NCBI GenBank assembly: GCA_004431415.1
Contig: QPMI01000144.1
Coordinates: 10,325-74,324 of the forward strand
Reading direction: 5' to 3'
Length of the DNA: 64,000 nt
Source of the DNA: Cyanophora paradoxa CCMP329
Lineage: Eukaryota; Plantae; Glaucophyta
Both the position numbers and the translations under genes were made by a program. Of this stretch, positions 45,680 through 56,607 are shown in pieces (position 1 is the first letter of the stretch; the number at the start of each line of letters is the position of its first letter). Below the pieces are notes generated by a model. The model had not been told where the DNA came from. It ran no database searches and saw only the letters and a list, made by a program, of their open reading frames with translations.

Positions 45680-48600
45680 ATGTCTTATCTCCTGAGAAAG
45701 CCTGTGCCTCTGCGACGGCCACCAGAATCGCCTGAAGAGGATAGGCTCATTAATATTCGCGTTTTCGGAAGCATTTTGGCTGACTACAATGCTGACAAAG
45801 ATATACACCAGACCGAGTTTAATCGCCCAGCTGCGTTAATTCTGCGCAACTCACATGTTGGCGCCCCGGACATTGCACAGAGATTTTGTCTAGGTCCAGC
45901 TGAGAACTATGTTGCTGAAATAATTGGATCCAGGGCGTTGCCGCGGCACCTGCGAATTGCCTCCTCAGGCACTGTTTCCAAGTATGATTCTGGTAGATTA
46001 ATCTTTAGGCTCCAAAATGATAGAGGGGTCCACACATCAGCTCTACGCCTAATTGATGAATCCAATGCTGTCACAAACAAGACTGCGGCTCACATTACAG
46101 GGCGAATTCTCCTTGGCGAAGATGCAGGAATATCAGTGCTAGCATCACAAATCCAGCCGTTTCCCTGGGATTTACTTTTTACAGCTGCACGAGAAGCAAA
46201 TATTTTATACGGTTTTGATGTAAATCAAATCGATACCGAGCCAGCCACCAGGTTAGATATTCCTGGATGCACCTTTGGCTCGATCCTGATGGAAGCTGAT
46301 AGGCACCTGCTCCCGGCGTTGCATGACAGCTACGATCTTGGGCTCCGCACCAGGCAGTGGCGAAATATTCACGGCACGTCGATTTACCAAGATGGAAAAA
46401 GGTCATCACTGAACCGGAGATAATAAACATTTTCAACTACTACTTCGGACCTATTGTCCCTATACCACCTATACCACCTCTTCCAGGGCTACCGAAGCCA
46501 AACCCTGAAGGGCCAGGTCGTGAGAGAGTTGCAGATGAAACAATTCCATTCGGGCAAAATATTATTTCGTGGGAGGCTGTCAGGAATCGCCCCGTGATAG
46601 AACGCTATAAGCATCCGCATGAAGAATACCTGCCGCCTGATATTGAAGTTTTCCCGCTCGAAATGTACACAGAGCCTGAAGAGCAGTTACTTCCTGATGG
46701 CTTAGATGTTCAAGAACTCCAGTACGAGCAACCTGTGATTCCACATGAGCAGCTGCTTCCAGACGGCTTTGAACCTATTCTCTTCCCTTGGAGTTCACCG
46801 TAGATTGGGAATCAATAACCAATAAACCTGGGAGTTTTCCACCAGAGGAACACAGGCATGATTGGGATGAAATCGATAATAAACCGTTGCGGTTTCCCCC
46901 AGAGGATCACAGACATGATTGGGCTGAGATCGATAATAAGCCTTTACGGTTCCCCCCAGAGGATCATAGACACGACTGGGGTGACCTTGATAATGTTCCG
47001 CTTGAATTTCCACCGGAAGATCACAGACACATTTGGAGCGAAATAGATGAGCAGCCCGAGTTCGCAAAGATTGAGCTTCCTGTCACACTAGCTGTCTCTC
47101 TCTACAAATCAATTAACACCCCTGAAAGGTTATATTTGAATGACCACTATGTCCACAGGCAGGGAATTCGTGCTAACACTGACATGTCAGGCTCTTTGTT
47201 TGTAAGGATTCCCCGTGGAATGGAGATAGTTGCTGCTGGCGGGAATATTGGTTTGCAGGACACGTTCCCAAGTATTTATGTCACAAACTACTACGCCTCT
47301 GACATCGAAATGACATCTGTTCTACCTTTTTTGCCTTCACTGCCGTTGGATCCTCTCTCCCATGCTGATTTTCATTCTGCAATCCAGATTAATGTAACAG
47401 ATGTTAGCGATTTAGATTCATCGAGACCGAAATTAGTTTTTAGCCGTGAACGCCTTTTACCCAATGCTCTGATAGGAAATCGAGATGATTATAAGAAATG
47501 CGAAATAGCATGGATAAAAACGAACTATAACGGTGGAGTTGGGGAGGGCATTTTAGAAATTAATCAGAGGGCAGCAGCAAAAAACATTCACAACGAGACT
47601 ATATCCAGAGTGGTCACAGAGGATTACCTTCAAGCCCAAAATTATGTAGATGAAACAGAGCTCGCTTTAGTTATTGCAGGTCTAGCTGTGACAGGGAATT
47701 ACCTGCCCTTGACAGGAGGAACTATTGACGGAACAGTGACTGCTGACAACTTTTTTGTTCACACTGAAAGTGATCAGACCTTCCCTGTGGTTCACCCAGG
47801 AGCTGAGTACGAGATTCCTATTGATCCTGCTATTATGCCCATAAAAATCGATCTCCCTTCCGATTATGTTGGACGGGGTGAACTGAAAATAATCTCTTTC
47901 ACAGGAGATTATAATGATCTTTTAAACAAGCCTACTGCTGAGAACCTTCACCCTGTTGCCTATTCAGGAAATTTCCTCCATTTAAATAATAGGGCACACA
48001 CCCACACAAAGGCTGAGATCACAGATTTTGCACACACTCACACGAAGTCCCAAATAACAGATTTTGCACACACCCATACCCGAGCAGATATAACTAATTT
48101 CGCTCACACCCATGTTAAATCAGAGATAACTGATCTTGGGAATGTTGCTTATGTTGGTCATACCCATACCAAGGCAGAGATTACAGACCTGGGAAATGTA
48201 TCGTACGTTGGTCATACCCATGATTGGAATACTGATATCTATAACAAACCGGCGTTGTTCTCAGGCAACTACAACGATCTGACCAATAGACCCACTCTTG
48301 ATCCCTTCACAGCCACCACTATCAGAGCCAATAATACAATGTATGTAGGATCAGGTCAGATTGTAGAACCAGCAGGGCCTATGTTTGAAGAAACATGGTT
48401 CTTCCACAATTCGCAGAATTACTTTGATAAAACCTTACTTGTTCGTGGAAATGCCTATGCAAGAAATTTCTATGCTATGAACCCCTCAAATAATGCGACC
48501 ATCAGTCGATGTATTACAGAGGCAGATCTTTCCAGTCAACTCAATGCATATTTTAATGGGAAAATTCAAGCAGGGAAGTATGTTTACACTACTCCCGTTT

Positions 48601-48854
48601 TAGATTACAATAATCTCTATGTGTTCAATCTAACTATCTATTTTACCAATGCCTTTGCTTCTCCTCCTGTTGTGACAGCAACAGTAAGGCATGAAGGACA
48701 AGATCCAAATTATCAATTAACTCCCGTCGTTTTTACTGTGAACCTGTTGAATGTTTATAGTAACTATTTTACTTGTGAACTTTTCACTGATCCATATGCA
48801 ATGATTAATTCATCCAAAACTGTTACAATTCATTACATTGCTGTCGCAATTTAA
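45680..48854 (+). CDS. Long phage-like tail-fibre protein (three ORFs joined over frameshifts near 46398 and 46787)
   Basis: Four HRH(D/I)W.(E/D)(I/L)D..P..F repeats, six HTH...I repeats (HTHTKAEITDFA type), GxYNDLxNxP twice, YLPLTGGTIDG, and a C-terminal FTNAFASPPVVTAT (H-type lectin/gp53-like). Joining the three ORFs is an inference. Confidence 0.75.
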
Positions 48855-48873
48855 CTGTTTGGTAATTATAAAG

Positions 48874-49875
48874 ATGACATCTGTATTAGAAATCCCGAAT
48901 TATGAATTAGCAGCCAAATCACTGCATAGCACCTCTCATGAAGTAGTTGATTCTACACCTGGGAATATCTGCACCGAAACAGCAAGCAATACCTCCTTAA
49001 CCGAAACCAATATTTTGAGAGTCAAAGAAATACGCTGTGACCGAAATGGAGGCAAGATACGAACTACAGGTATTATTATTTCGAATAAAAATCAGGTTCA
49101 AGCAGGTCAAGTAGTCCCTGATTCAGCAGTTTATGATAACGTGGGTGGATTCACCACGGCAAAGATCGTAACTTTCGATAACACAAGCAATAACTCCGCT
49201 CTTGTGGTTAAGAGTGGTGGAGCCTATATTGGTGACGGAGCGATTGTAGTGGGGACTGTCACAGCAAATCAATTAAACGTGAGTGGTACATGCATTTTCA
49301 GTTCTTTGATGACTTTTAACTATGGCCTTTTAGGTAACATAATTTATGGGACTCTTCAGGCATTTCTGAGAGTTCAAGCACCCGAAATTGGTAGTGGAAC
49401 AGATTCCAACATGAGCTACAAACGAAATGGTAATGCAATTGTCACTCTTGAAAAAACGACGGTAGCAGAGATAGAGATAAACTCATTCACACTTTCCCCA
49501 ACTTGCTATTTGAAAAGGACTTATTGCCCAAGATTTTGTGTCACAAAACTATTACCTAATCAGGCAGCATCATCCTCATCATGGTCATCTGGCGTCCGTA
49601 TTACCTTCACAGTTCCTAATTTCGCTACTTATTATGTCAACAATGAAGGCAACTGGAATGATTCGTATATATTTACTGCACCTGTTGCAGGTGTTTACCG
49701 GGTTTTTTTCACAGCTCTCAGAATAGATACTCAGACTTCTTATGTGACTATCTTAAAGCTTTCAATAAATGGAATTGCATCCGATTACGAATTTCAATGT
49801 TCATTAACGGGACAAATGGCTATCACATACGAAACTTTACTTACTCTTAACATGGGGACAATGTTGGAGTATTAA
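48874..49875 (+). CDS. Fibre paralog 1 with a C1q-like head
   Basis: Shared N-module (PG.ICTE...KEIRCDRNGGK.RTT) and FTAPVAGVY. The true C-terminus probably extends to ~49945 past a G-run frameshift. Confidence 0.7.
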   Translation: MTSVLEIPNYELAAKSLHSTSHEVVDSTPGNICTETASNTSLTETNILRVKEIRCDRNGGKIRTTGIIISNKNQVQAGQVVPDSAVYDNVGGFTTAKIVTFDNTSNNSALVVKSGGAYIGDGAIVVGTVTANQLNVSGTCIFSSLMTFNYGLLGNIIYGTLQAFLRVQAPEIGSGTDSNMSYKRNGNAIVTLEKTTVAEIEINSFTLSPTCYLKRTYCPRFCVTKLLPNQAASSSSWSSGVRITFTVPNFATYYVNNEGNWNDSYIFTAPVAGVYRVFFTALRIDTQTSYVTILKLSINGIASDYEFQCSLTGQMAITYETLLTLNMGTMLEY

Positions 49876-49967
49876 ACTCAACAGGTGTTACCATCACTAT
49901 TAGCACACGCTGTTACTTGGGTGCTATCTCGTAAGTGCTATATAATATTGTCTGTGTAATATAAAGA

Positions 49968-50993
49968 ATGGCTACTCAAATAGCAGTCCCTGTTTTCTGT
50001 TACGCTGCACCGAAAATTCATCAACTCAACCACACTGTAACAGATGCAACTCCGGGTTTTATTTGCACAGAAACAACAGGAGCAGATTCATTTTCGCAGA
50101 ACTCTTTGATTCGATGCAAGGAAATCCGGTGTGATCGCAATGGGGGCAAAGTGAGAACCACAGGTCTCATCGTTTCGAACAAGAACCAAGTTCAATCAGG
50201 ACAGATCGTTTCTGATTCCGCAATCTATGATGATGTGGGAGGGTTCACCACACCCAAGATTGTTACGTTTGATAACACAAGTAATAATTCTGCTCTTGTC
50301 GTGAAAAGTGGAGGTGCTTACATCGGAGATGGTGCGAGGATTGATGGAAACCTTACAGCTGAGCAACTCACAGTAACAGGAACGACTACTTTTAATAACT
50401 TAGTAACAGCTAATGGTGGTGTGTATGTCCCTGGTGCTCAGCAGTCTATTGTGACAGCAACTACCAAAATTGTTACACCCGAAGTAGATACAGGTTCGAG
50501 CTCAAATCTTCTCTTGAAACGCAATAGTAATCTCATGGCGACACTGGAAGCCAATAGTCTCACTCTAAATACAGGTTGTTACTTCAAGTACGATTTTCAA
50601 CCTCGATTCTGCGCACAACTTGGTTACACACATGTTGCTTCAAGTGCTGCTCCTCTGATCAACTGGACAACAGTTTTTATAGACAACAGAGGTGCCTTCA
50701 ATACAGGCAATGGAAGATATACAGCTCCTGTTGCAGGACATTACAGATTAACTGTAAATTCTTCCTCAACATCTTCAACAGCTGTAAGTCTGACTTTGCA
50801 GGTAAACGATACTAACCCTGGTGGTCTGACCATCTTCACATCTGGAACTTCAACTACAATTGCAGCGAAACCTCTATATATCAACGTTATACTCAATCTT
50901 GCTGCCGGAGAATATGTCACAATTGTCACAGGAACAGCTGGTAGTTATGCAAGTCGAACAACATTTACAGCTGAACTTCTAAGTATCACATAA
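49968..50993 (+). CDS. Fibre paralog 2 with a C1q-like head
   Basis: Same N-module; FNTGNGRYTAPVAGHY...LNLAAGEYV is a C1q/TNF-like signature. Confidence 0.78.
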   Translation: MATQIAVPVFCYAAPKIHQLNHTVTDATPGFICTETTGADSFSQNSLIRCKEIRCDRNGGKVRTTGLIVSNKNQVQSGQIVSDSAIYDDVGGFTTPKIVTFDNTSNNSALVVKSGGAYIGDGARIDGNLTAEQLTVTGTTTFNNLVTANGGVYVPGAQQSIVTATTKIVTPEVDTGSSSNLLLKRNSNLMATLEANSLTLNTGCYFKYDFQPRFCAQLGYTHVASSAAPLINWTTVFIDNRGAFNTGNGRYTAPVAGHYRLTVNSSSTSSTAVSLTLQVNDTNPGGLTIFTSGTSTTIAAKPLYINVILNLAAGEYVTIVTGTAGSYASRTTFTAELLSIT

Positions 50994-51015
50994 ATTTTCT
51001 CTCTATAATGTAGGA

Positions 51016-51282
51016 ATGTCGAATATCTACCAAGTGGTTCTCTCAGATACTGAGAAGTTGGGAATGGAATATTGTGCTGCTTCTGTTCAGGATTGGATTG
51101 ATAATGTCGTTCATAACAGGGCAAGAATTGCAATTGATGAGATTGTTCAGAAAGAAATTCAATCTTGCATCTCATCAGGAGTTCAAATACCAACCTCAAA
51201 GGAAGCCATTGTGTCACAGGCATTCCAAAGGGGAACTGTAAAGAAAGGCATCGAGTATAATAATGTCACAGAAGAGCAGTGA
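51016..51282 (+). CDS. Small phage-like tail-fibre-associated protein
   Basis: LSDTE...MEY.A..VQDWIDNVVHNRARIAIDEI resembles small proteins I recall next to fibre genes in aquatic tailed phages; from memory, not a search. Confidence 0.55.
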   Translation: MSNIYQVVLSDTEKLGMEYCAASVQDWIDNVVHNRARIAIDEIVQKEIQSCISSGVQIPTSKEAIVSQAFQRGTVKKGIEYNNVTEEQ

Positions 51283-51330
51283 AGCTATAGCTTGTCTGCA
51301 GCCTATTTTTTTCTCTCGCATTTCTATCAA

Positions 51331-52178
51331 ATGACCGAGTACAATCGGGTTCAGCTACCTATCTACTCACTGGGCTCCCCAGCCATCCATATGAGGCAGC
51401 ATGAAGTTAGCGATGCTATTGCGGATTAGAGTCCACTGAGCGTCCAAACTCAACTAATGCATTTGATCAACGATCTGTGATTCGGTGTAAAGAATTGCGC
51501 GCAGATAAAAACTCTGGGGTTGTAAAAACAACGCGATTATTAGTCACTAATGCAAATTTTTCCCAGCCCATAACAGGGGGAGTTGATTCGTACAGTGTTG
51601 ACCTCCGAAGCATAAACTATGATCAAAACACTGCTGCCCTCACTGTGCGCTCCGGGGGAGCAGCTATTACTGGAGCTTGCCGTGTTAGTGGAGGACTATC
51701 ATCATCGATTGCCATCAATGATGTTCCAGACTTTTCATTAGAGAATGTCGAAAATCGTAAACGAGTTCGAATGTACTTACCTTGCTGTGACCTCCCCTAT
51801 GCACAAGCTCTAGTAGAAGTTGAGATAACCATAGCAAATTCAAGTACACCAAATGGTCTGGATGGTGAGAGGTTGCTTTCAAACAGAGAAATACCGAAGG
51901 CACTTCAATCACTCTGTCAGGATCAAAATGATCAGATAGGGCATGTGTATACGTTCTTTGTGCAAGGTCTTGGGCATGCTGGCCGGGGATACGTAGTTCG
52001 TAATATCAATACAAGGCATCTTTTCGATTTATATGCTACCGCTATAGGCAGATATTCTATCCTAATAATCGGATATCGCTCCGATGTAGCTGCATCAGCG
52101 GCCACTAGAGGACTGAACCCTGATCCAGCACTCAATAATATGTATGAGGAGAACAATCCAGAAAATCCTATAGCTTGA
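51331..52178 (+). CDS. Fibre paralog 3 (frameshift near 51423)
   Basis: ATG 51331 MTEYNRVQLP...QHEVSD joins GLESTE...IRCKELRADKNSGVVKTT; parallels 52207..53040. Confidence 0.68.
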
Positions 52179-52206
52179 GTGAAAGTTTTATCTTCTGTTT
52201 TCTAAA

Positions 52207-53040
52207 ATGGAAGCTGTTGAAAGAATTGTTGTTCCCTCTTTGACACTAGCAGCCCCAGCAAATCACGTCCTCCAGCATGCTGTCTCAGACGACGTGCCTG
52301 GTCTGCAATCAACTGAGCAGCAGCCAACTCTAAATACCTTCCGGGAGAATCACATATTACGTTTAGGCGAGGTTCGATGCGACAAAAATAATGGGACAAT
52401 AAAAACAACAAGTCTCCTTGTAACCAATGCAAACTTTAATTCAAATTATGGGGATCCTGATAGCTATGACGATGCTAATAAGGTCAATACTTTTACCTTT
52501 GAATCAAGAACAGGTGCCGTCACCTGCAGATTTGGAGGTGCTTATATTGGCGATGGTCTGAGAGTAGGCGGCGCTGCTTGTGCTCCTATATTTGTTAATG
52601 ATCAACCTAACCCTGAAAACACAAATGAAAGAATTCGAACCTATGTGCCTTCTATGAATTCGCCTTACATTATTAAACTATTCACCCTAAACATAAATGA
52701 GCAAACATCGATTGTAGATAACGTTCAGCCACTCGGAAATCATTTCAAGAGTGTTGTTGATATTCCCCCGGATGTCTACTTCCTTTGTAGAAGGAATGAT
52801 GCTCTCCGGCCAAACATAGCTGTTTTGATCAATCCTATCGATAATTTTGGTGTCGCTTTCCATTCGACTCCAGTTGGGGTTGAAGATTACCAGTTTATTG
52901 TGAGGGCCACGCTAATGGGTGCCTACAAAATTATTCTATTTGCTGAAAGAACAGATGTGATTGCAAGCGGGGTCAAGTATGGTGAGACCTTCAATTCGAA
53001 TCGTTACTTTCCAATTGGAGGGGCTGATCCCAACCCATAG
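52207..53040 (+). CDS. Fibre paralog 4
   Basis: QHAVSDDVPGLQSTE...GEVRCDKNNGTIKTT...GGAYIGDG N-module with a non-C1q C-terminus. Confidence 0.72.
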   Translation: MEAVERIVVPSLTLAAPANHVLQHAVSDDVPGLQSTEQQPTLNTFRENHILRLGEVRCDKNNGTIKTTSLLVTNANFNSNYGDPDSYDDANKVNTFTFESRTGAVTCRFGGAYIGDGLRVGGAACAPIFVNDQPNPENTNERIRTYVPSMNSPYIIKLFTLNINEQTSIVDNVQPLGNHFKSVVDIPPDVYFLCRRNDALRPNIAVLINPIDNFGVAFHSTPVGVEDYQFIVRATLMGAYKIILFAERTDVIASGVKYGETFNSNRYFPIGGADPNP

Positions 53041-53073
53041 AATCTTTGTTTTTATATATATTACCCCTTGTAG

Positions 53074-53478
53074 ATGGATCTGCTCCGTAAATGCATGGAC
53101 ATGTTCCATCTCAACGTCACCAGCAAATTGAAATGCAGTTGCTGCGAGACAACTATCAACCTCGAAATATCTGACACTGAGGGCTCACGCACCCCTGATA
53201 CTCAGCTATCGCCTAATAACACACCCGGACTTCTAGGTCCAATTCTCCTTTTACGCGATCTGATTCACCTATACCATGGCTTGATTCTGAAAGCCGAAGA
53301 TCGTCTTGGCCACCCCAAATATCCCGAAGCCCCTGAAAAGAAAGAAGTCCTTGCTATCAAGTTTCAGAAAGGAGAAGACTCCAGTTGCCGAAAAGCAACC
53401 AGATCAAGTGGAATGAGGCCGCACCAGACCGCTCTGGGGGCCCGTACCGCTTGGGAGGTCGCCCCTGATAGCGCCTAG
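53074..53478 (+). CDS. Small hypothetical viral protein with a CSCC motif
   Basis: ATG ORF after the fibre cassette; as assembled it runs into the right TIR, so the end is doubtful. Confidence 0.4.
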   Translation: MDLLRKCMDMFHLNVTSKLKCSCCETTINLEISDTEGSRTPDTQLSPNNTPGLLGPILLLRDLIHLYHGLILKAEDRLGHPKYPEAPEKKEVLAIKFQKGEDSSCRKATRSSGMRPHQTALGARTAWEVAPDSA

Positions 53479-53697
53479 ATAGAGCTCCCTCGATATTCTC
53501 TACTCAGATCCAAATGCACTCGCCCTCACGCCTTCCAATCTTCAAATCCATGCTCGTCCATCATCACGCCTAATTAACACGCCTAACTGATCTCAGAAAA
53601 ATCGCTAATTGATGACGCTAGAAGGGGTGGATCCCTGAAGGTAAAACCAGACTTTGGGGGCGGTCTGGTTTGGGGGGGGGTCCTCCCCTTTACAACA
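53415..53697 (-). repeat. Right terminal inverted repeat (283 bp)
   Basis: Reverse complement of 29077-29359; followed by GTCTAC. Confidence 0.96.
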
Positions 53698-53707
53698 GTC
53701 TACGCAC

Positions 53708-54690
53708 CTTCATTCCGCGGAGAGCGTTGGGTCCCATTATCTTATGCGGCACAGGCGCATTCCAGATCAAGCAATCGTATGCCCTCACTAGGCAGGACTC
53801 GTCGGTATTAATGCCTACTCTGCAGTCCGATATGTGGCACCGTACGATCTGCAATCGGTGTATATAATTAAAAGAGCTGCGCAGAAATTGTTTTACAGAC
53901 AGAACTGAAAAATATTCGAATTCACCCGAGCTGAAGCGCCGCGTTGAGACACCCCGATTCCATCCTCCGCGTCTGAGATCTCGCAGGAGTCGATAACCAG
54001 CTCCCCATCATCCGCTTCGAAAAGCACGCCGGGATACTTCCGCGCGCCGCCGTGGATGCGACAATGGAAGATGCTGAGATTAGATTTGCGACAGGCGGAA
54101 AATTCGTGGAAACCGTAGCAAGCGGCTGAAGAAACAGCACAAACGCCGTTCCCTTGCAGGCTGTTGATGTCGCACCGCTCAAGCCGCCACTCGCAATTTC
54201 GCCCAAGGAGAAGAACGCGGCCGAAGATGTACAAATCACGCACGATCACGTTGTGGCGGTCGCCTATTACGGAGACTGACATGTAGACGGCTGCCGGCTG
54301 CTCGAGATCCCCCCGATAAGGCTCGAAGATGATGTTGAGTGGATGAGGGTGCTCTGGAAAGCTGATTGGGTTGGCGCACAGAGCGTCGCCAACGACGAGA
54401 AAACGGATGGTGATCTGACGCAGCTGAAGCCCTCGCGCAGATTGCTGTCGGGCCATGTATTCTCGAATCAGCTGCAGTCGAAACCGAGCTGCGTGTATGG
54501 CTTCATCGATCGTGAGTCGCTCGCATTCGTTCAAAGAATTTTCTCGTCGAAGCTCATTCTCGGTATCCCATGGCCAAAGCTCAGAATTCTCATCGGGACC
54601 CCCCACAACGAGGGTGATCTCATCAAGCGGCCACTTCCCCGACTTGAAAAGCTGCTCAATTTTCTCTGCTCAATCTCGTGATCAGCCAAA
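53708..54690 (-). CDS. Host right-handed beta-helix (pectin-lyase-like repeat) protein, exons upstream of the virus
   Basis: ...LVIDSCEISDAEDGIGVSQRGASAR, intron 53925-53849 (GT-AG), then IVRCHISDCRVGINTDESCLVRAYDCLIWN...RGMK (53848-53708). More 5' exons probably lie at ~54.8-55.6 kb. Confidence 0.65.
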
Positions 54691-56607
54691 TGAATAAATT
54701 TCAATTTGAATGTACGTGTGTGGAAAAGCAGGCACCATCGATTTCAGATTTGCACTTGGGCTCTCCCGCGATCTGATGTCTGATGTCGCGAATATCTATT
54801 GATATTCAGAAGCCCTCGAATTCCTTTGAAGCAGAGTTTCTTTCTCTCGCTTACCATATTCGTCAATGACACCCTGAAGCACGGCCAGCACGCCCTGCAA
54901 GTAACTTGCGGCTTTAGAAATATGATGGTTAATTTTTAAAGCTGTGCCGCCTGTCGCAAGCCCAGGCTATAGCTACAGCTACTGCTCGCGGCATAGCGCT
55001 AGCATGCGCATGGGACGCGTACACACCAACTTCAACTTCAAGTCAGAACCGGGCCCGCCCTTGGTGGAACGCACGGCGGGCGTTTGAATGTATGTGTCAA
55101 CTGCGTCGAGCGCCGTCCTCAAAAACTGTTGCAATTCCACGGCTGGAGCAGTAGTAGTAGTACCAGTGATTGATATTATACTGTTTGCAACCCCCAAAAG
55201 CCCCATGGTTCTGCAGCCGCGCGCGCACATGCTTGAGATTAATATTCGAGATTCGAAGGCATGCGCAGGCCTAGGGACGCGCGCGCGCGAACAGCGCCAC
55301 AGAAATATGGTCACAATGACCTGAGCCTGAAAGCGAGTTCGGAGTCTCGGTCGATGATGAACCCGTTCGCGCTGCCCGAGCCCCGACTCCCTTGAAGCCG
55401 CTCGCCGATCGCGATCGCCTGCTCGACCGCCGAAATGACGTCGACTCCACTGTTCGAATTCGCCGCGGTCGACCGCGGCGACGTCGACCGCGAGCCGCTG
55501 ATGCATTTGTCTGGAGCTCGAGCCGTCGATCGCGAGTCCGGTACGAGAAGGGCGCCATCATAGTACGATGCGCATGCGGAGCCCGATTGCTGGTTCGAGC
55601 TAGCGCTCGCCATACTTGAATTCAACTTCCAGCAGCAGCACGTTCACTGCGCATGCAGCTGCACCTGCGAGTGTGCAGGTTTGATCATGATTGATCATCA
55701 TATGCATGCATATGGCATGACAGGATGGCGACATCGGCGAGACTCGGCGCTCCGGCCCTCTTGCGAGCGCATATGCATGCATATGATCTAGATCTAGATC
55801 TTCGAACGCGCGCGTGGAACCATCTTGTCATCGATATCCGCGGCCGGCGGCACGCATCCGCACGCATATTCGCACGAACCTGGTCATCGACCGCGCACGT
55901 GTGACTGAGCCGCGCGCGCGCTGTAGAGCCGGCGCCGTACGCGTAGAGCCGGCGCCGCTCCGTAGCCTGTAGACGTACAGGTACCCCCCCCAGAGCCCTT
56001 CGCTACCCCGCTAATAGACCCTGCTATAAAAGCTATAGAATACTCCTTCGTCCTTTTCCCTTGCGTTTCGAAGACAGCAACGAATTCGAAGACAGTTCCC
56101 CTCCCAATTTCCTGCCGCAGTGCATTCCGCCCCCTCCCTCTCAAACGCATAAGAGGGGAGACGCCAGTCCCTCTCATACTTGCATCCGCTCCTGTCTGTT
56201 CGGTTCGGCTCGATTAATTAAATATAAACTAGGGGGAGCGATTGGCGAGAGACCGAAGCGCTTAACACGATCGCGAGCTAGTACTAGTACGCCTCTTAAT
56301 GCATATCTGATGCTCATGTTCCTAGTTGCATATGCATACCTCTCGCGGATCGAGGACGCGGTACAAAAGTTTCCTAGATGAACATGTATATATATATGGC
56401 TTTACAAAGGCGACGAGGAAAAGGAGATGTTCTGGCGGGAGACCAAAAATGTTATTCATCTCGGCTGATCTAAAATGCACTTCCTACGTGCCTGGTCTCG
56501 CGCCAGTCACTCGCTGTGCTCCGCTTTAATTTCGGCTGGACTTGCATGGCGTGTATCCAGCCCCTGTCAGACCTAGCTCCCGCACTCGGATCCTATGTAT
56601 CCGGCTC

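Larger units (their letters stand above)
29077..53697. mobile_element. Complete integrated Polinton/Maverick-like virus (element B), 24,621 bp
   Basis: Identical 283-bp TIRs; 6-bp TSD GTCTAC at 29071-29076 and 53698-53703; pPolB, rve integrase, ATPase, MCP and pentons inside. Confidence 0.96.

Noticed and set aside
46850-47050. 57-bp nucleotide repeats as a non-coding array
   Set aside because: They are in-frame 19-aa repeats of the fibre protein.
48874-50993. Diversity-generating retroelement or invertible shufflon acting on the fibre genes
   Set aside because: No reverse transcriptase, invertase, template/variable repeat pair or flanking inversion sites seen; similarity is paralogous with many synonymous changes.
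36690-51430. Programmed frameshifting or pseudogenisation explaining the many split viral ORFs
   Set aside because: Breaks are single-base and mostly at homopolymers, fall at different positions in the two penton-2 homologues, and TIRs are identical. Long-read indel error is more likely; needs read-level confirmation.
43453-53040. Bacterial prophage or contamination
   Set aside because: The phage-like genes lie inside TIR/TSD-bounded DNA with eukaryotic-virus core genes, inserted in a spliceosomal intron; no terminase, portal or HK97 capsid seen.
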